DNA from: an uncultured virus (IMG/VR IMGVR_UViG_3300025132_000029)
Taxonomy: Duplodnaviria; Heunggongvirae; Uroviricota; Caudoviricetes
DNA length: 64,000 bases
Strand: one strand, 5' to 3'
Virus record (IMG/VR): IMGVR_UViG_3300025132_000029
The notes under the pieces are model-generated. The model was not told the DNA's origin. It did not search any database and saw only the letters and a program-made list of their open reading frames with translations. The position numbers and the translations under genes are program-made. Shown one piece after another: positions 49,567 to 57,721 of this stretch. Position 1 is the first letter of the stretch. Each line of letters starts with the position of its first letter.

Positions 49567-49596
49567 TTTTTTATTGTCAAATAAATTTGTTATATT
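49562..49596 (+). promoter_or_regulatory. Putative class-2 promoter
   Basis: AATAATTTTTTATTGTCAAATAAATTTGTTATATT. Confidence 0.65.
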
Positions 49597-49626
49597 AGTA
49601 TTAACTAAAAAATAAAGGAGAAAAAC

Positions 49627-49800
49627 ATGGAACTTTTTGAAAAACTTCAAGACCTAGTAAATTCTACTCAAGCAGATATTGATAAATTCAATAGTGGAAA
49701 CAAATCTGCAGGAACACGAGTTAGAAAAGCTATGCAAGAAGTTAAAAACATTGCACAAGACGTAAGAATTGAAGTGCAAAACATTAAAAATGATAAATAA
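49627..49800 (+). CDS. Histone H1-like (Hc1-family) small protein, 57 aa (not in ORF track)
   Basis: MELFEKLQDLVNSTQADIDKFNSGNKSAGTRVRKAMQEVKNIAQDVRIEVQNIKNDK; GNKSAGTRVRK signature; AAGGAG SD. Confidence 0.8.
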   Translation: MELFEKLQDLVNSTQADIDKFNSGNKSAGTRVRKAMQEVKNIAQDVRIEVQNIKNDK

Positions 49801-49819
49801 TAATTAAAAGGAGAAAAAG

Positions 49820-50596
49820 ATGGCACTAGATTTAGAAGCAATCAGACAGAAGTTGAACAAACTTCAAACACAGACGGGAAAACAAGACAATTTATGGAAA
49901 CCCGAACCAGGAAAAAATCAAATTAGAATTGTACCTTATCAGCATAATAAAGACAATCCGTTTTTAGAAATGTATTTTCATTATGATTTAGGTAAAAAGA
50001 ACTACTTATCACCTGTAACATTTGGTGAAGCTGACCCAGCAGTTGAATTTGCTGAAAAGTTAAAAGCTACAGGAAATAAAGACGATTGGCAAATGTCAAG
50101 AAAGTTAGAACCAAAAATGAGAACTTATGTTCCTATTCTTGTAAGAGGAAAGGAATCAGAAGGTGTTAAATATTGGGGATTTGGAAAAACAGTTTACCAA
50201 GAATTATTAAGTTTTATAGCTGACCCAGACTATGGAGATATTACGGACTTAAGTGGAGGTAGAGATGTTGTTGTTGAATACCATACACCTGAAGAAGCAG
50301 GTAATAGCTTTGGTAAAACTACTATTAGAGTTAAGCCAAACCAAACTGCTGCAACAGAAGATAAAAATGTTGCTGAAAAAATTCTAAATGGACAAAAAGA
50401 TATTTTTGAAATCTTTAGAAAAGTTTCTTACGGTGACTTAAAGCAAGCTTTAGAAGAATGGCTAAACCCAGATGGTGATACAGGTGGAGCTCCACAAGTT
50501 GATACACCAGCACAATCTACTTCACAAAAGGTAGAGTCACAAGGTGTAAAATCATCTGATGATATTAACAAAGCGTTTGACGATTTATTTAGTTAG
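49820..50596 (+). CDS. Single-stranded DNA-binding protein (gp32-like)
   Basis: LWKP..G...IRIVP, YWGFGKTVY, YGDITD...GRD, acidic DDLFS tail. Confidence 0.9.
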   Translation: MALDLEAIRQKLNKLQTQTGKQDNLWKPEPGKNQIRIVPYQHNKDNPFLEMYFHYDLGKKNYLSPVTFGEADPAVEFAEKLKATGNKDDWQMSRKLEPKMRTYVPILVRGKESEGVKYWGFGKTVYQELLSFIADPDYGDITDLSGGRDVVVEYHTPEEAGNSFGKTTIRVKPNQTAATEDKNVAEKILNGQKDIFEIFRKVSYGDLKQALEEWLNPDGDTGGAPQVDTPAQSTSQKVESQGVKSSDDINKAFDDLFS

Positions 50597-50606
50597 GAGA
50601 TAGTAT

Positions 50607-51734
50607 ATGGCAAAGAAAGTAAATACAAAGAGAGATGATTTAGCAAATTTGTTGGCAGATAGTCTTAACAAAAAGTTTAAGGACTATAAAGTTGCTTACT
50701 TTCTTGACGGTACAGAAGAAACACCAACTGACTTAACAGAGTGGATTAGTACTGGGTCATCTATGCTTGACTTGGCAATTTCTAACAGAAAAAATGGTGG
50801 TATACCAGTTGGTAGAATTACTGAAATAACTGGTCTTGAAGGTAGTGGGAAGAGTCTTATGGCTGCTCACCTACTTGCAAATACACAAAAACAAGGTGGA
50901 CTTGCAGTTTACATTGATACAGAAAATGCAATGAATGAAGAATTTGCTACGGCAATTGGAATTGATGTTGCAAATATGTTATATATTCAATTGGAAACTG
51001 TTGAGGAAATTTTTGAGGTTATGGAAAACATCATCACTAAAGTTAGAGAAAGTGATAAAGATAGGCTTGTTACAATAGTTGTAGATTCATTGGCTGGCTC
51101 AACAACCAAAGTTGAGAGTGAGGCTGATTATAGCAAAGATGGCTGGGCAACCAGTAAGGCAATTATTTTATCAAAGGCTATGCGTAAGATTACTCAAATG
51201 ATAGGAAGGCAGAGAATTTGTCTCGTATTTACAAACCAACTTAGACAAAAGATGGGGGTTATGTTTGGTGATCCTTGGACTACATCTGGAGGTAAGGCAG
51301 TAGCTTTCCATTCCAGTTGTAGACTAAGGCTAAAACCTATGGGACAAATAAAAGCCAGAGTTGATGGTCAAGAACAAGTTATGGGTATTAAAACCGTTGC
51401 ACAAGTTGTAAAAAATAGAATGGGCCCACCATTAAGAAAGTCACAATTTGAAATTTATTTTGAAAGTGGTATTGATGATTTTGGTGGATGGTTACATGTT
51501 CTAAAAGATTACAAACTTGTTAAGCAAGGTGGTAGTTGGTACACATATACTGACCAAAATGGTAAGGACCATAAATTTATGTCAAAGGATTGGAATTCAT
51601 TATTGGAAAACAATGAAGAACTAAGAACAGAAATTTATGATAAAATTGCAGATACAATTATTATGAATTACAAAGTTGATAATTTTGGAATTGATGATGT
51701 TGAAATCAGCAGTGAACCAGTACCAGAAGGATAA
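50607..51734 (+). CDS. uvsX: RecA/UvsX recombinase
   Basis: GLEGSGKS Walker A, YIDTE, IVVDSLA, NQLR, TSGGKA, KNRMGPP. Confidence 0.95.
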   Translation: MAKKVNTKRDDLANLLADSLNKKFKDYKVAYFLDGTEETPTDLTEWISTGSSMLDLAISNRKNGGIPVGRITEITGLEGSGKSLMAAHLLANTQKQGGLAVYIDTENAMNEEFATAIGIDVANMLYIQLETVEEIFEVMENIITKVRESDKDRLVTIVVDSLAGSTTKVESEADYSKDGWATSKAIILSKAMRKITQMIGRQRICLVFTNQLRQKMGVMFGDPWTTSGGKAVAFHSSCRLRLKPMGQIKARVDGQEQVMGIKTVAQVVKNRMGPPLRKSQFEIYFESGIDDFGGWLHVLKDYKLVKQGGSWYTYTDQNGKDHKFMSKDWNSLLENNEELRTEIYDKIADTIIMNYKVDNFGIDDVEISSEPVPEG

Positions 51735-51746
51735 TAGGTTATGAAT

Positions 51747-51778
51747 AAGTAATTGGTGGCTAACCCCACCTTTTACTT
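51747..51778 (+). other. Stem-loop immediately 5' of the ribozyme cleavage site
   Basis: AAGTAA-tt-GGTGG-ctaacc-CCACC-tt-TTACTT. Confidence 0.65.
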
Positions 51779-51779
51779 C

Positions 51780-51870
51780 GTCTTACACAACAACAGCCTT
51801 CTCGTGGCGTAGGATGTTAAGGTCAAAAATCCGCACTTATCGAATGATTATTTGACCGACCAATGTTGTT
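51780..51870 (+). ncRNA. HDV-like (CPEB3-type) self-cleaving ribozyme
   Basis: P1 GUCUUAC/GUAGGAU with G1.U wobble; J1/2 AC; P2 AACAACA/UGUUGUU; P3 GCC/GGC; L3 UUCUCGU; GU after P1; P4 GGUCAAA...UUUGACC; J4/2 CCAA with candidate catalytic C51860. Confidence 0.85.
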
Positions 51871-51878
51871 AACGAGTG

Positions 51879-51998
51879 ATTTGTCTTTGGCCAAGTGACC
51901 CCAAAGCAAATTTATGATTAAGGTATATGTGGCTGATACCAATTGTTCTCTAATCGTCACTGTTGGAGATACTATAAACATATACTATGTCAGCTTGG
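51879..51998 (+). ncRNA. Unidentified multi-pseudoknot RNA domain downstream of the ribozyme
   Basis: Hairpins 51879-51911 and 51947-51969 with complementary loops (AGTGAC/GTCACT); crossing helices 51923-30/51978-85 and 51931-38/51988-95. Confidence 0.5.
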
Positions 51999-52037
51999 AA
52001 GCCCTGGATTTGTTTTATCAATGAAGGGGCTTTTTTT
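51999..52037 (+). terminator. Intrinsic terminator closing the uvsX-ribozyme transcript
   Basis: AAGCCCT...GGGGCTT followed by T tract. Confidence 0.6.
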
Positions 52038-52043
52038 ACCAAA

Positions 52044-52077
52044 AATATTTTTTTATCCCAAATAAAATAGTTATATT
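52044..52077 (+). promoter_or_regulatory. Putative class-2 promoter
   Basis: AATATTTTTTTATCCCAAATAAAATAGTTATATT. Confidence 0.55.
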
Positions 52078-52102
52078 ATACTAAACAAAAAGATAATAGC
52101 AT

Positions 52103-53152
52103 ATGTCAAAAAGCAGATACTTTTCAATACTTGAAACACTACAGGAGAATACTGATACTCCTTCTAACCCCAATGATAGAATATTAATCGTTGACGGGCT
52201 AAATACATTTATCAGAGCATTTGCAGCAAACCCAGTAACAAATGAAGATGGAATACATGTTGGTGGAATAACTGGTACACTAATGTCAATTGGATACGCA
52301 ATAAAACAAATTAAACCAACACGTGTTATTATTTGTTTTGATGGAAAAGGTGGTAGCCAAAGAAGAAGAAAAATATTTCCAGATTATAAAGCAAATCGTA
52401 GAGTAAAATCTAGGCTTACACGGCATGGAAATCATAATACAATGGAAGATGAATCATTGTCTATGAAACAACAATTAATGAGGTGTGCTCAATATTTACA
52501 ACAATTACCAGTTACTGTTTTAAGTGTTGAAAATATTGAAGCAGATGATAGTATGGCATATATTTCTCAACAGGTATATCCTGATAGTCAAAAGTTTATT
52601 ATGTCAACAGATAGGGATTTTTTACAATTAGTATCTGACAAAGTACATGTATGGTCACCAACAAAAAAGAAGTTTTATTTTAAGGAAACAATAATGGAAG
52701 AGTATGGTATACCATCTCATAACTTTTTATTATATAGAACAATTGAAGGTGATTCATCTGATAATATTCCAGGAATTAGAGGTGCAGGTAGAAAAACTAT
52801 TGCAAATAGAATTCCTATAATAACAGAGAACAGGACAGTAACTATTGATGAAATAATTGATTTTACAGCACAAAATTCAAAATATAAAATATTAAAAACA
52901 ATTTCTGAATCAAAAGAATTGTTAGATATGAATTATAAATTAATGCAATTGGATGAGGTAGATATATCAGGTTCAGCAAAGACAAAGATAATGAATACGG
53001 TAAGGTCACCTATCCAACGATTAGTAAAATATGAATTTCAAAAAATGATTTTAGAAGACAAAATCAATGGTTCAATTAAAAACCCAGACTTATGGTTAAA
53101 GCAAGTATTTTTACCATTAGACTCTTATGCAGGAATGACAAATGACAAGTAG
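52103..53152 (+). CDS. 5'-3' exonuclease / T4 RNase H-like flap endonuclease
   Basis: LIVDGLN, CFDG, YKANR, EADD, STDRDFLQL, GDSSDNIPGIRGAG.KT. Confidence 0.93.
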   Translation: MSKSRYFSILETLQENTDTPSNPNDRILIVDGLNTFIRAFAANPVTNEDGIHVGGITGTLMSIGYAIKQIKPTRVIICFDGKGGSQRRRKIFPDYKANRRVKSRLTRHGNHNTMEDESLSMKQQLMRCAQYLQQLPVTVLSVENIEADDSMAYISQQVYPDSQKFIMSTDRDFLQLVSDKVHVWSPTKKKFYFKETIMEEYGIPSHNFLLYRTIEGDSSDNIPGIRGAGRKTIANRIPIITENRTVTIDEIIDFTAQNSKYKILKTISESKELLDMNYKLMQLDEVDISGSAKTKIMNTVRSPIQRLVKYEFQKMILEDKINGSIKNPDLWLKQVFLPLDSYAGMTNDK

Positions 53153-54503
53153 AATATCTGATTACGGTACAATATTTCAAGTAAAGTTAATAGCCTCACT
53201 ATTTACAGATAAGGCATTTCTTCAACAAATTACAGATATTCTAGAACCTAAAATGTTTGAAAATGAAGCAAATTTTTACATTGTAAAAGAAATCCAAAAT
53301 TACTTTAACGAATATAAATCTCCTCCAACCTTAGAGGTAATGAAAGTAAAAGTTGCCGAAATAGAAAGTGAACTTCTTAAACAAACTGTGGTTGATACAT
53401 TAAAGGAAGCATATAGAAATTTGGAAGCTTCTGATTTGGATTTTGTAAAACAACAAACTCTTGACTTTTGTAAAAACCAATGCATCAAATCTGCAATAAT
53501 GGATTCAGTTGAATTACTTAAGTTTAATGATTTTGATGGAATTAAATCTAAAGTTGATGCAGCAATGAAAGCTGGTGTAGAAAAGAATGTTGGCCATGAG
53601 TATAAAAATGACGTTGATGAAAGGTATTTGGAAAGTGTAAGAAACACTATAACAACTGGCTGGGATGTAATTGATGATATTGCCGATGGTGGTTTAGGGA
53701 AAGGTGAACTTGGAGTATTTGTTGCTCCTGCAGGTATTGGTAAGTCATGGGCATTAGTAAATGTTGGTGCAAATGCTGCAAAGGCTGGGCTAAATGTTAT
53801 ACACTATACTTTAGAGCTAAATGAGGCTTATGTTGGATTGAGATATGATAGTGTATTTACGGGTATATCTGCACAAGATTTGAAATTTAATATTGAAGAG
53901 GTAAAAAAGACAGTTGAAAATATGAAGGGAGATTTAATTGTTAAGCAATATCCAACAAAGTCTGCTTCAGTTTCAACAATTGGTGCGCATATTGAAAAAT
54001 GTAGGGTGCAAGGTTTCAAACCGGACTTGGTGATTGTTGATTATGCTGACCTATTAAGAGACATAAGTGGAGGCCGAGAAGTACGACATATGCTAGGTAA
54101 CATTTATGAAGACTTAAGAGGACTAGCTGGTGAACATGAAATTCCGGTTTGGACTGCATCACAAGCAAACCGTTCAGCACTAGAAGAAGATGTAATTGGA
54201 GCAGAGAAAATTGCAGAATCATATAGTAAAATAATGACAGCAGATTTTGTTGTTTCATTAAGTAGAAAAATAGAAGATAAATTAGCCGGAACAGGTAGAT
54301 GGCACGTAATTAAAAATAGGTTTGGACCTGACGGAATGACATTTCCAAGTAAAGCAAATATGTCAAATGGTCAAATGCAAATATTTGAATCAAATTCTGT
54401 GCAGGGACAAGAGACACAAAAGGACATGAATAATCATAACGAATACTTAAGAAAAATATTAAAAAATAAGTACAAAGAACTTGATAAAGACAACAATAGT
54501 TGA
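53142..54503 (+). CDS. Replicative DNA helicase (gp41/DnaB-like)
   Basis: APAGIGKS, YTLEL, IVDYADLL, WTASQANR, KNRFG. Confidence 0.93.
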   Translation: MTSRISDYGTIFQVKLIASLFTDKAFLQQITDILEPKMFENEANFYIVKEIQNYFNEYKSPPTLEVMKVKVAEIESELLKQTVVDTLKEAYRNLEASDLDFVKQQTLDFCKNQCIKSAIMDSVELLKFNDFDGIKSKVDAAMKAGVEKNVGHEYKNDVDERYLESVRNTITTGWDVIDDIADGGLGKGELGVFVAPAGIGKSWALVNVGANAAKAGLNVIHYTLELNEAYVGLRYDSVFTGISAQDLKFNIEEVKKTVENMKGDLIVKQYPTKSASVSTIGAHIEKCRVQGFKPDLVIVDYADLLRDISGGREVRHMLGNIYEDLRGLAGEHEIPVWTASQANRSALEEDVIGAEKIAESYSKIMTADFVVSLSRKIEDKLAGTGRWHVIKNRFGPDGMTFPSKANMSNGQMQIFESNSVQGQETQKDMNNHNEYLRKILKNKYKELDKDNNS

Positions 54504-54523
54504 CTTTATATAAATATATTTTG

Positions 54524-54562
54524 ATATTTATTACAGACTGGCAATTAGCCGGTTATTTTTTT
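54524..54562 (+). promoter_or_regulatory. Late-type motif followed by a terminator-like hairpin upstream of nrdJ
   Basis: ATATTTAT at 54524; ACTGGC-aatta-GCCGGT then TATTTTTTT. Confidence 0.5.
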
Positions 54563-54597
54563 CAGTAATTGTTCTATAAAGTAAAGAGGAAAGTATA

Positions 54598-56457
54598 ATG
54601 GAAGTATCTAATCAGATTTTATCAAACATAACAGTACATATGAAGTACGCTAAGTTTATTCCAGAACTTGGGAGAAGAGAAACGTGGGAAGAGCTTGTTA
54701 CAAGAAACAAAGCCATGCATATTAAAAAATATCCACAATTGAAAGAAGAAATTGAAGAAAAGTACAAGTTTGTGTATGACAAAAAAATACTTCCATCAAT
54801 GCGTAGTTTACAGTTTGGTGGAAAACCAATTGAAATTTCACCAAATAGAATTTACAACTGTGCATATCTGCCTATAGATTCTATTGATGCTTTTAGTGAA
54901 ACAATGTTTTTGTTGTTAGGTGGAACAGGTGTTGGTTATTCAGTACAAAAACACCATGTTGAAAAACTACCAATGATACAAAAACCATACCCAAAGAGAA
55001 AGAAAAGATTCTTAATTGGTGATAGTATAGAAGGTTGGGCAGATGCCATTAAAGTTCTTATGAAATCTTATATGAATGGTGGTGGAAGTAGAATAGAATT
55101 TGACTTTTCAGATATTAGACCTAAAGGTGCAATGCTTGTAACATCAGGTGGTAAAGCTCCAGGACCTCAACCACTTAAAGAGTGTGTATTAAAGGTTAAG
55201 GGTATTTTAGAACAAAAAGAATCTGGTGAAAAATTAACTACAATTGAAGCTCATGATATTGTATGCCATATCGCTGATGCAGTTCTTGCTGGTGGTATTC
55301 GTAGAGCCGCTCTTATTAGTTTGTTTAGTGCAGACGATGACCAAATGATTGCTTGTAAATCAGGTAATTGGTGGGAATTAAATCCACAACGAGGTAGAGC
55401 AAATAATTCAGCTTGTTTAATGAGACATAAAATCACAAAGGAGTTTTTTATGGATCTTTGGAAAAGGGTAGAATTATCTGGTGCAGGTGAACCTGGTATA
55501 TACTTTAACAATGACAAAGATTGGGGAACTAACCCATGTTGTGAAATAGCATTAAGGCCATTTCAGTTTTGTAATTTATGTGAAGTAAATGCTAGTGACA
55601 TAGAAGACCAAGAAGACTTAAATGAAAGAGTTAAAGCAGCTGCATTTATAGGTACACTTCAAGCAGGTTATACATCTTTTCATTATCTTAGAGATATTTG
55701 GAGAGAAACAACAGAAAAAGAAGCACTTATTGGTGTAAGTATGACAGGTATTGGTAGTGGTACTGTTTTAGGATATGATATGAAACAAGCTGCTGACAAA
55801 GTAAAGAGGGAAAATACTCGAGTTGCAAAAATTATTGGTGTAAACAAATCGGCAAGAACAACAACAGTTAAACCTGCAGGAACAACAAGTTTAGTTTTAG
55901 GTACCTCATCTGGAATCCATGCATGGCATAATGATTATTATATCAGAAGAATTAGAGTTGGTAAAAATGAATCAATATATAATTATTTGAAAACAAACCA
56001 CCCAGTTCTAGTTGAAGATGAATATTTTAGACCACATGATACTGCTGTTATTCAAGTACCACAAAAAGCTCCAGAAGGTTCAATACTTAGAACAGAATCA
56101 CCTTTCCAACTATTTGATAGAGTAAAGAGAGTTGCAACTGAATGGGTCAAATCAGGACATCGTAAAGGTTCAAATAGTCACAATGTATCAGCAACAGTTT
56201 CTCTTAAAGAAGAAGATTGGCAGTTGGCTGGCGAGTGGATGTGGGAAAACAGGACTCACTATAATGGTTTATCTGTTTTACCTTATGATGGCGGAACTTA
56301 TACTCAAGCACCATTTGAAGATATAGATAAAACAACATATGATGAAATGATGAAGTCTTTAACAGAAGTTGATTTATCAAATGTTGTAGAGCTTGAAGAT
56401 AATACAAATTTATCTGGCGAATTGGCTTGCGCAGGAGGTAGCTGTGAGATTACATAA
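54598..56457 (+). CDS. nrdJ: Class II (adenosylcobalamin-dependent) ribonucleotide reductase
   Basis: GGTGVG, GGIRRAA, TNPCCEI, TTVKPAGT, C-terminal CAGGSC; no ATP cone, no adjacent beta subunit. Confidence 0.9.
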   Translation: MEVSNQILSNITVHMKYAKFIPELGRRETWEELVTRNKAMHIKKYPQLKEEIEEKYKFVYDKKILPSMRSLQFGGKPIEISPNRIYNCAYLPIDSIDAFSETMFLLLGGTGVGYSVQKHHVEKLPMIQKPYPKRKKRFLIGDSIEGWADAIKVLMKSYMNGGGSRIEFDFSDIRPKGAMLVTSGGKAPGPQPLKECVLKVKGILEQKESGEKLTTIEAHDIVCHIADAVLAGGIRRAALISLFSADDDQMIACKSGNWWELNPQRGRANNSACLMRHKITKEFFMDLWKRVELSGAGEPGIYFNNDKDWGTNPCCEIALRPFQFCNLCEVNASDIEDQEDLNERVKAAAFIGTLQAGYTSFHYLRDIWRETTEKEALIGVSMTGIGSGTVLGYDMKQAADKVKRENTRVAKIIGVNKSARTTTVKPAGTTSLVLGTSSGIHAWHNDYYIRRIRVGKNESIYNYLKTNHPVLVEDEYFRPHDTAVIQVPQKAPEGSILRTESPFQLFDRVKRVATEWVKSGHRKGSNSHNVSATVSLKEEDWQLAGEWMWENRTHYNGLSVLPYDGGTYTQAPFEDIDKTTYDEMMKSLTEVDLSNVVELEDNTNLSGELACAGGSCEIT

Positions 56458-56635
56458 ACCTGATTGGATAGAAGAGTTATACCTTAAAGAGTATATTAAC
56501 AAACAATCAACCAAAGATTATTATTGGGAAAATGGCAAAATGGTAATGACAGAAAATTACCATGTAAACCGAGGTTACTGTTGTAAAAACGGATGTAAGC
56601 ATTGCCCTTATGAAAACAGTAAATCAACAGGCTAA
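56444..56635 (+). CDS. Small Cys-rich protein (DUF5522-like)
   Basis: DYYWENGKMVMTE.YH..RGYCCKNGCKHCPY; GTG start at 56444 with GGAGGT SD. Confidence 0.7.
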   Translation: MRLHKPDWIEELYLKEYINKQSTKDYYWENGKMVMTENYHVNRGYCCKNGCKHCPYENSKSTG

Positions 56636-56819
56636 AATTTTACAAGATGAGATTAAAGCCAAAAAGTTAGAATTGTCTAAATTACAAGATGATTGTAAAC
56701 ATGAAAAAAAACAAATAAAAATGGATGAAACAAACTCCGCAATGTGGGAATGTGAAAATTGTTCAAGACGACTAAGATACCCTACACCTGCAGAGATGGA
56801 TATATGGATTAGCAAGTAA
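56610..56819 (+). CDS. Small hypothetical zinc-binding protein
   Basis: CKH...CENC; 69 aa, overlaps neighbours. Confidence 0.6.
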   Translation: MKTVNQQAKILQDEIKAKKLELSKLQDDCKHEKKQIKMDETNSAMWECENCSRRLRYPTPAEMDIWISK

Positions 56820-57721
56820 TGAACATATTAAGTAGTTATGTAGGAAATACGCCTTTAGTTCCAATTACTATGGGAGGTTACACAGTCTGGTGTAAATGTG
56901 AATTTATGAATCCCGGTGGTTCTGTTAAAGATAGAATGGCCACCCACATATTAAATAGTGCTGAACACAATAAATTAATCAAAAAAGGTGATACACTAAT
57001 AGAGGCAACTTCAGGAAATACTGGAATTGCTTTTGCTATGTTAGCAGCTGAACGAGGTTATAAAATGAAAATTGTTATGCCGTGCAATATGAGCGAAGAA
57101 CGTAAACAAATGTTAAAGTTTTATGGCGCCGAATTAATAGAGGTTGATGCAGGTGATTTTGATGCTGCAATTGATTTAAGAGATACACTTGCAAATGCTA
57201 AGGGATGGTTTAATTGTAATCAGTTTCATAACCCACTAAATATAGAAGCACACTATAAAAATACAGGACCAGAGATAGAAAGACAAGTTAGGTCTCAACT
57301 TGATAGCTATGATTATGATGGATGGCCTCAAGCATTTGTGGCTGGAACAGGTACTGGTGGAACAATTATGGGTTGTGGAAAATACCTACAAAAACATTAT
57401 CCAGGTATAAGTTTAGTTGCAGTTGAACCAGAAGAAAGTGCCGTCATGTCAGGGATGGAACCAGGCTTACATGGTATACAAGGAATTGGTGATGGTAGTA
57501 AGTTTTTAGTAGACTTAAACAAAATTAGTGATATTATAACTGTACATACAGAATGTGCAAAAAAAGTAGCAAAACATTTGGCATTACGATATGGCTTATT
57601 TGTTGGAATAAGTGCTGGTGCAAATGTTAAGGCCGCATTTGAATGGTTACGTGATAATGATAAAAAACATGCAATAACTATTCTTTGTGATAGAGGTGAA
57701 AGGTATTTTAGTTGCTTATGA
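56819..57721 (+). CDS. cysK: Cysteine synthase-family PLP enzyme (CysK/CysM)
   Basis: GNTPLV, NPGGSVKDR, EATSGNTG, GTGTGGT, HGIQGIG, DRGERY. Confidence 0.9.
   Translation: MNILSSYVGNTPLVPITMGGYTVWCKCEFMNPGGSVKDRMATHILNSAEHNKLIKKGDTLIEATSGNTGIAFAMLAAERGYKMKIVMPCNMSEERKQMLKFYGAELIEVDAGDFDAAIDLRDTLANAKGWFNCNQFHNPLNIEAHYKNTGPEIERQVRSQLDSYDYDGWPQAFVAGTGTGGTIMGCGKYLQKHYPGISLVAVEPEESAVMSGMEPGLHGIQGIGDGSKFLVDLNKISDIITVHTECAKKVAKHLALRYGLFVGISAGANVKAAFEWLRDNDKKHAITILCDRGERYFSCL

Noticed and set aside
51735..51779. tRNA upstream of the ribozyme (theta-ribozyme arrangement)
   Set aside because: Only 45 nt and a single hairpin; no cloverleaf, T-loop or CCA
51879..52037. Hammerhead, twister, pistol, tmRNA or known riboswitch as the identity of the second RNA domain
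   Set aside because: No CUGAnGA/GAAA core, no complete twister or pistol consensus, no tRNA-like ends or tag frame seen by eye; an Rfam search is still needed
54504..54597. Cobalamin riboswitch upstream of nrdJ
   Set aside because: The gap is under 100 nt and AT-rich, with one small hairpin and no B12 box
15313..56457. Introns, inteins or homing endonucleases in terminase, UvsX, helicase, polymerase or RNR
   Set aside because: ORFs are uninterrupted and of ordinary or short length, with no intein or endonuclease motifs
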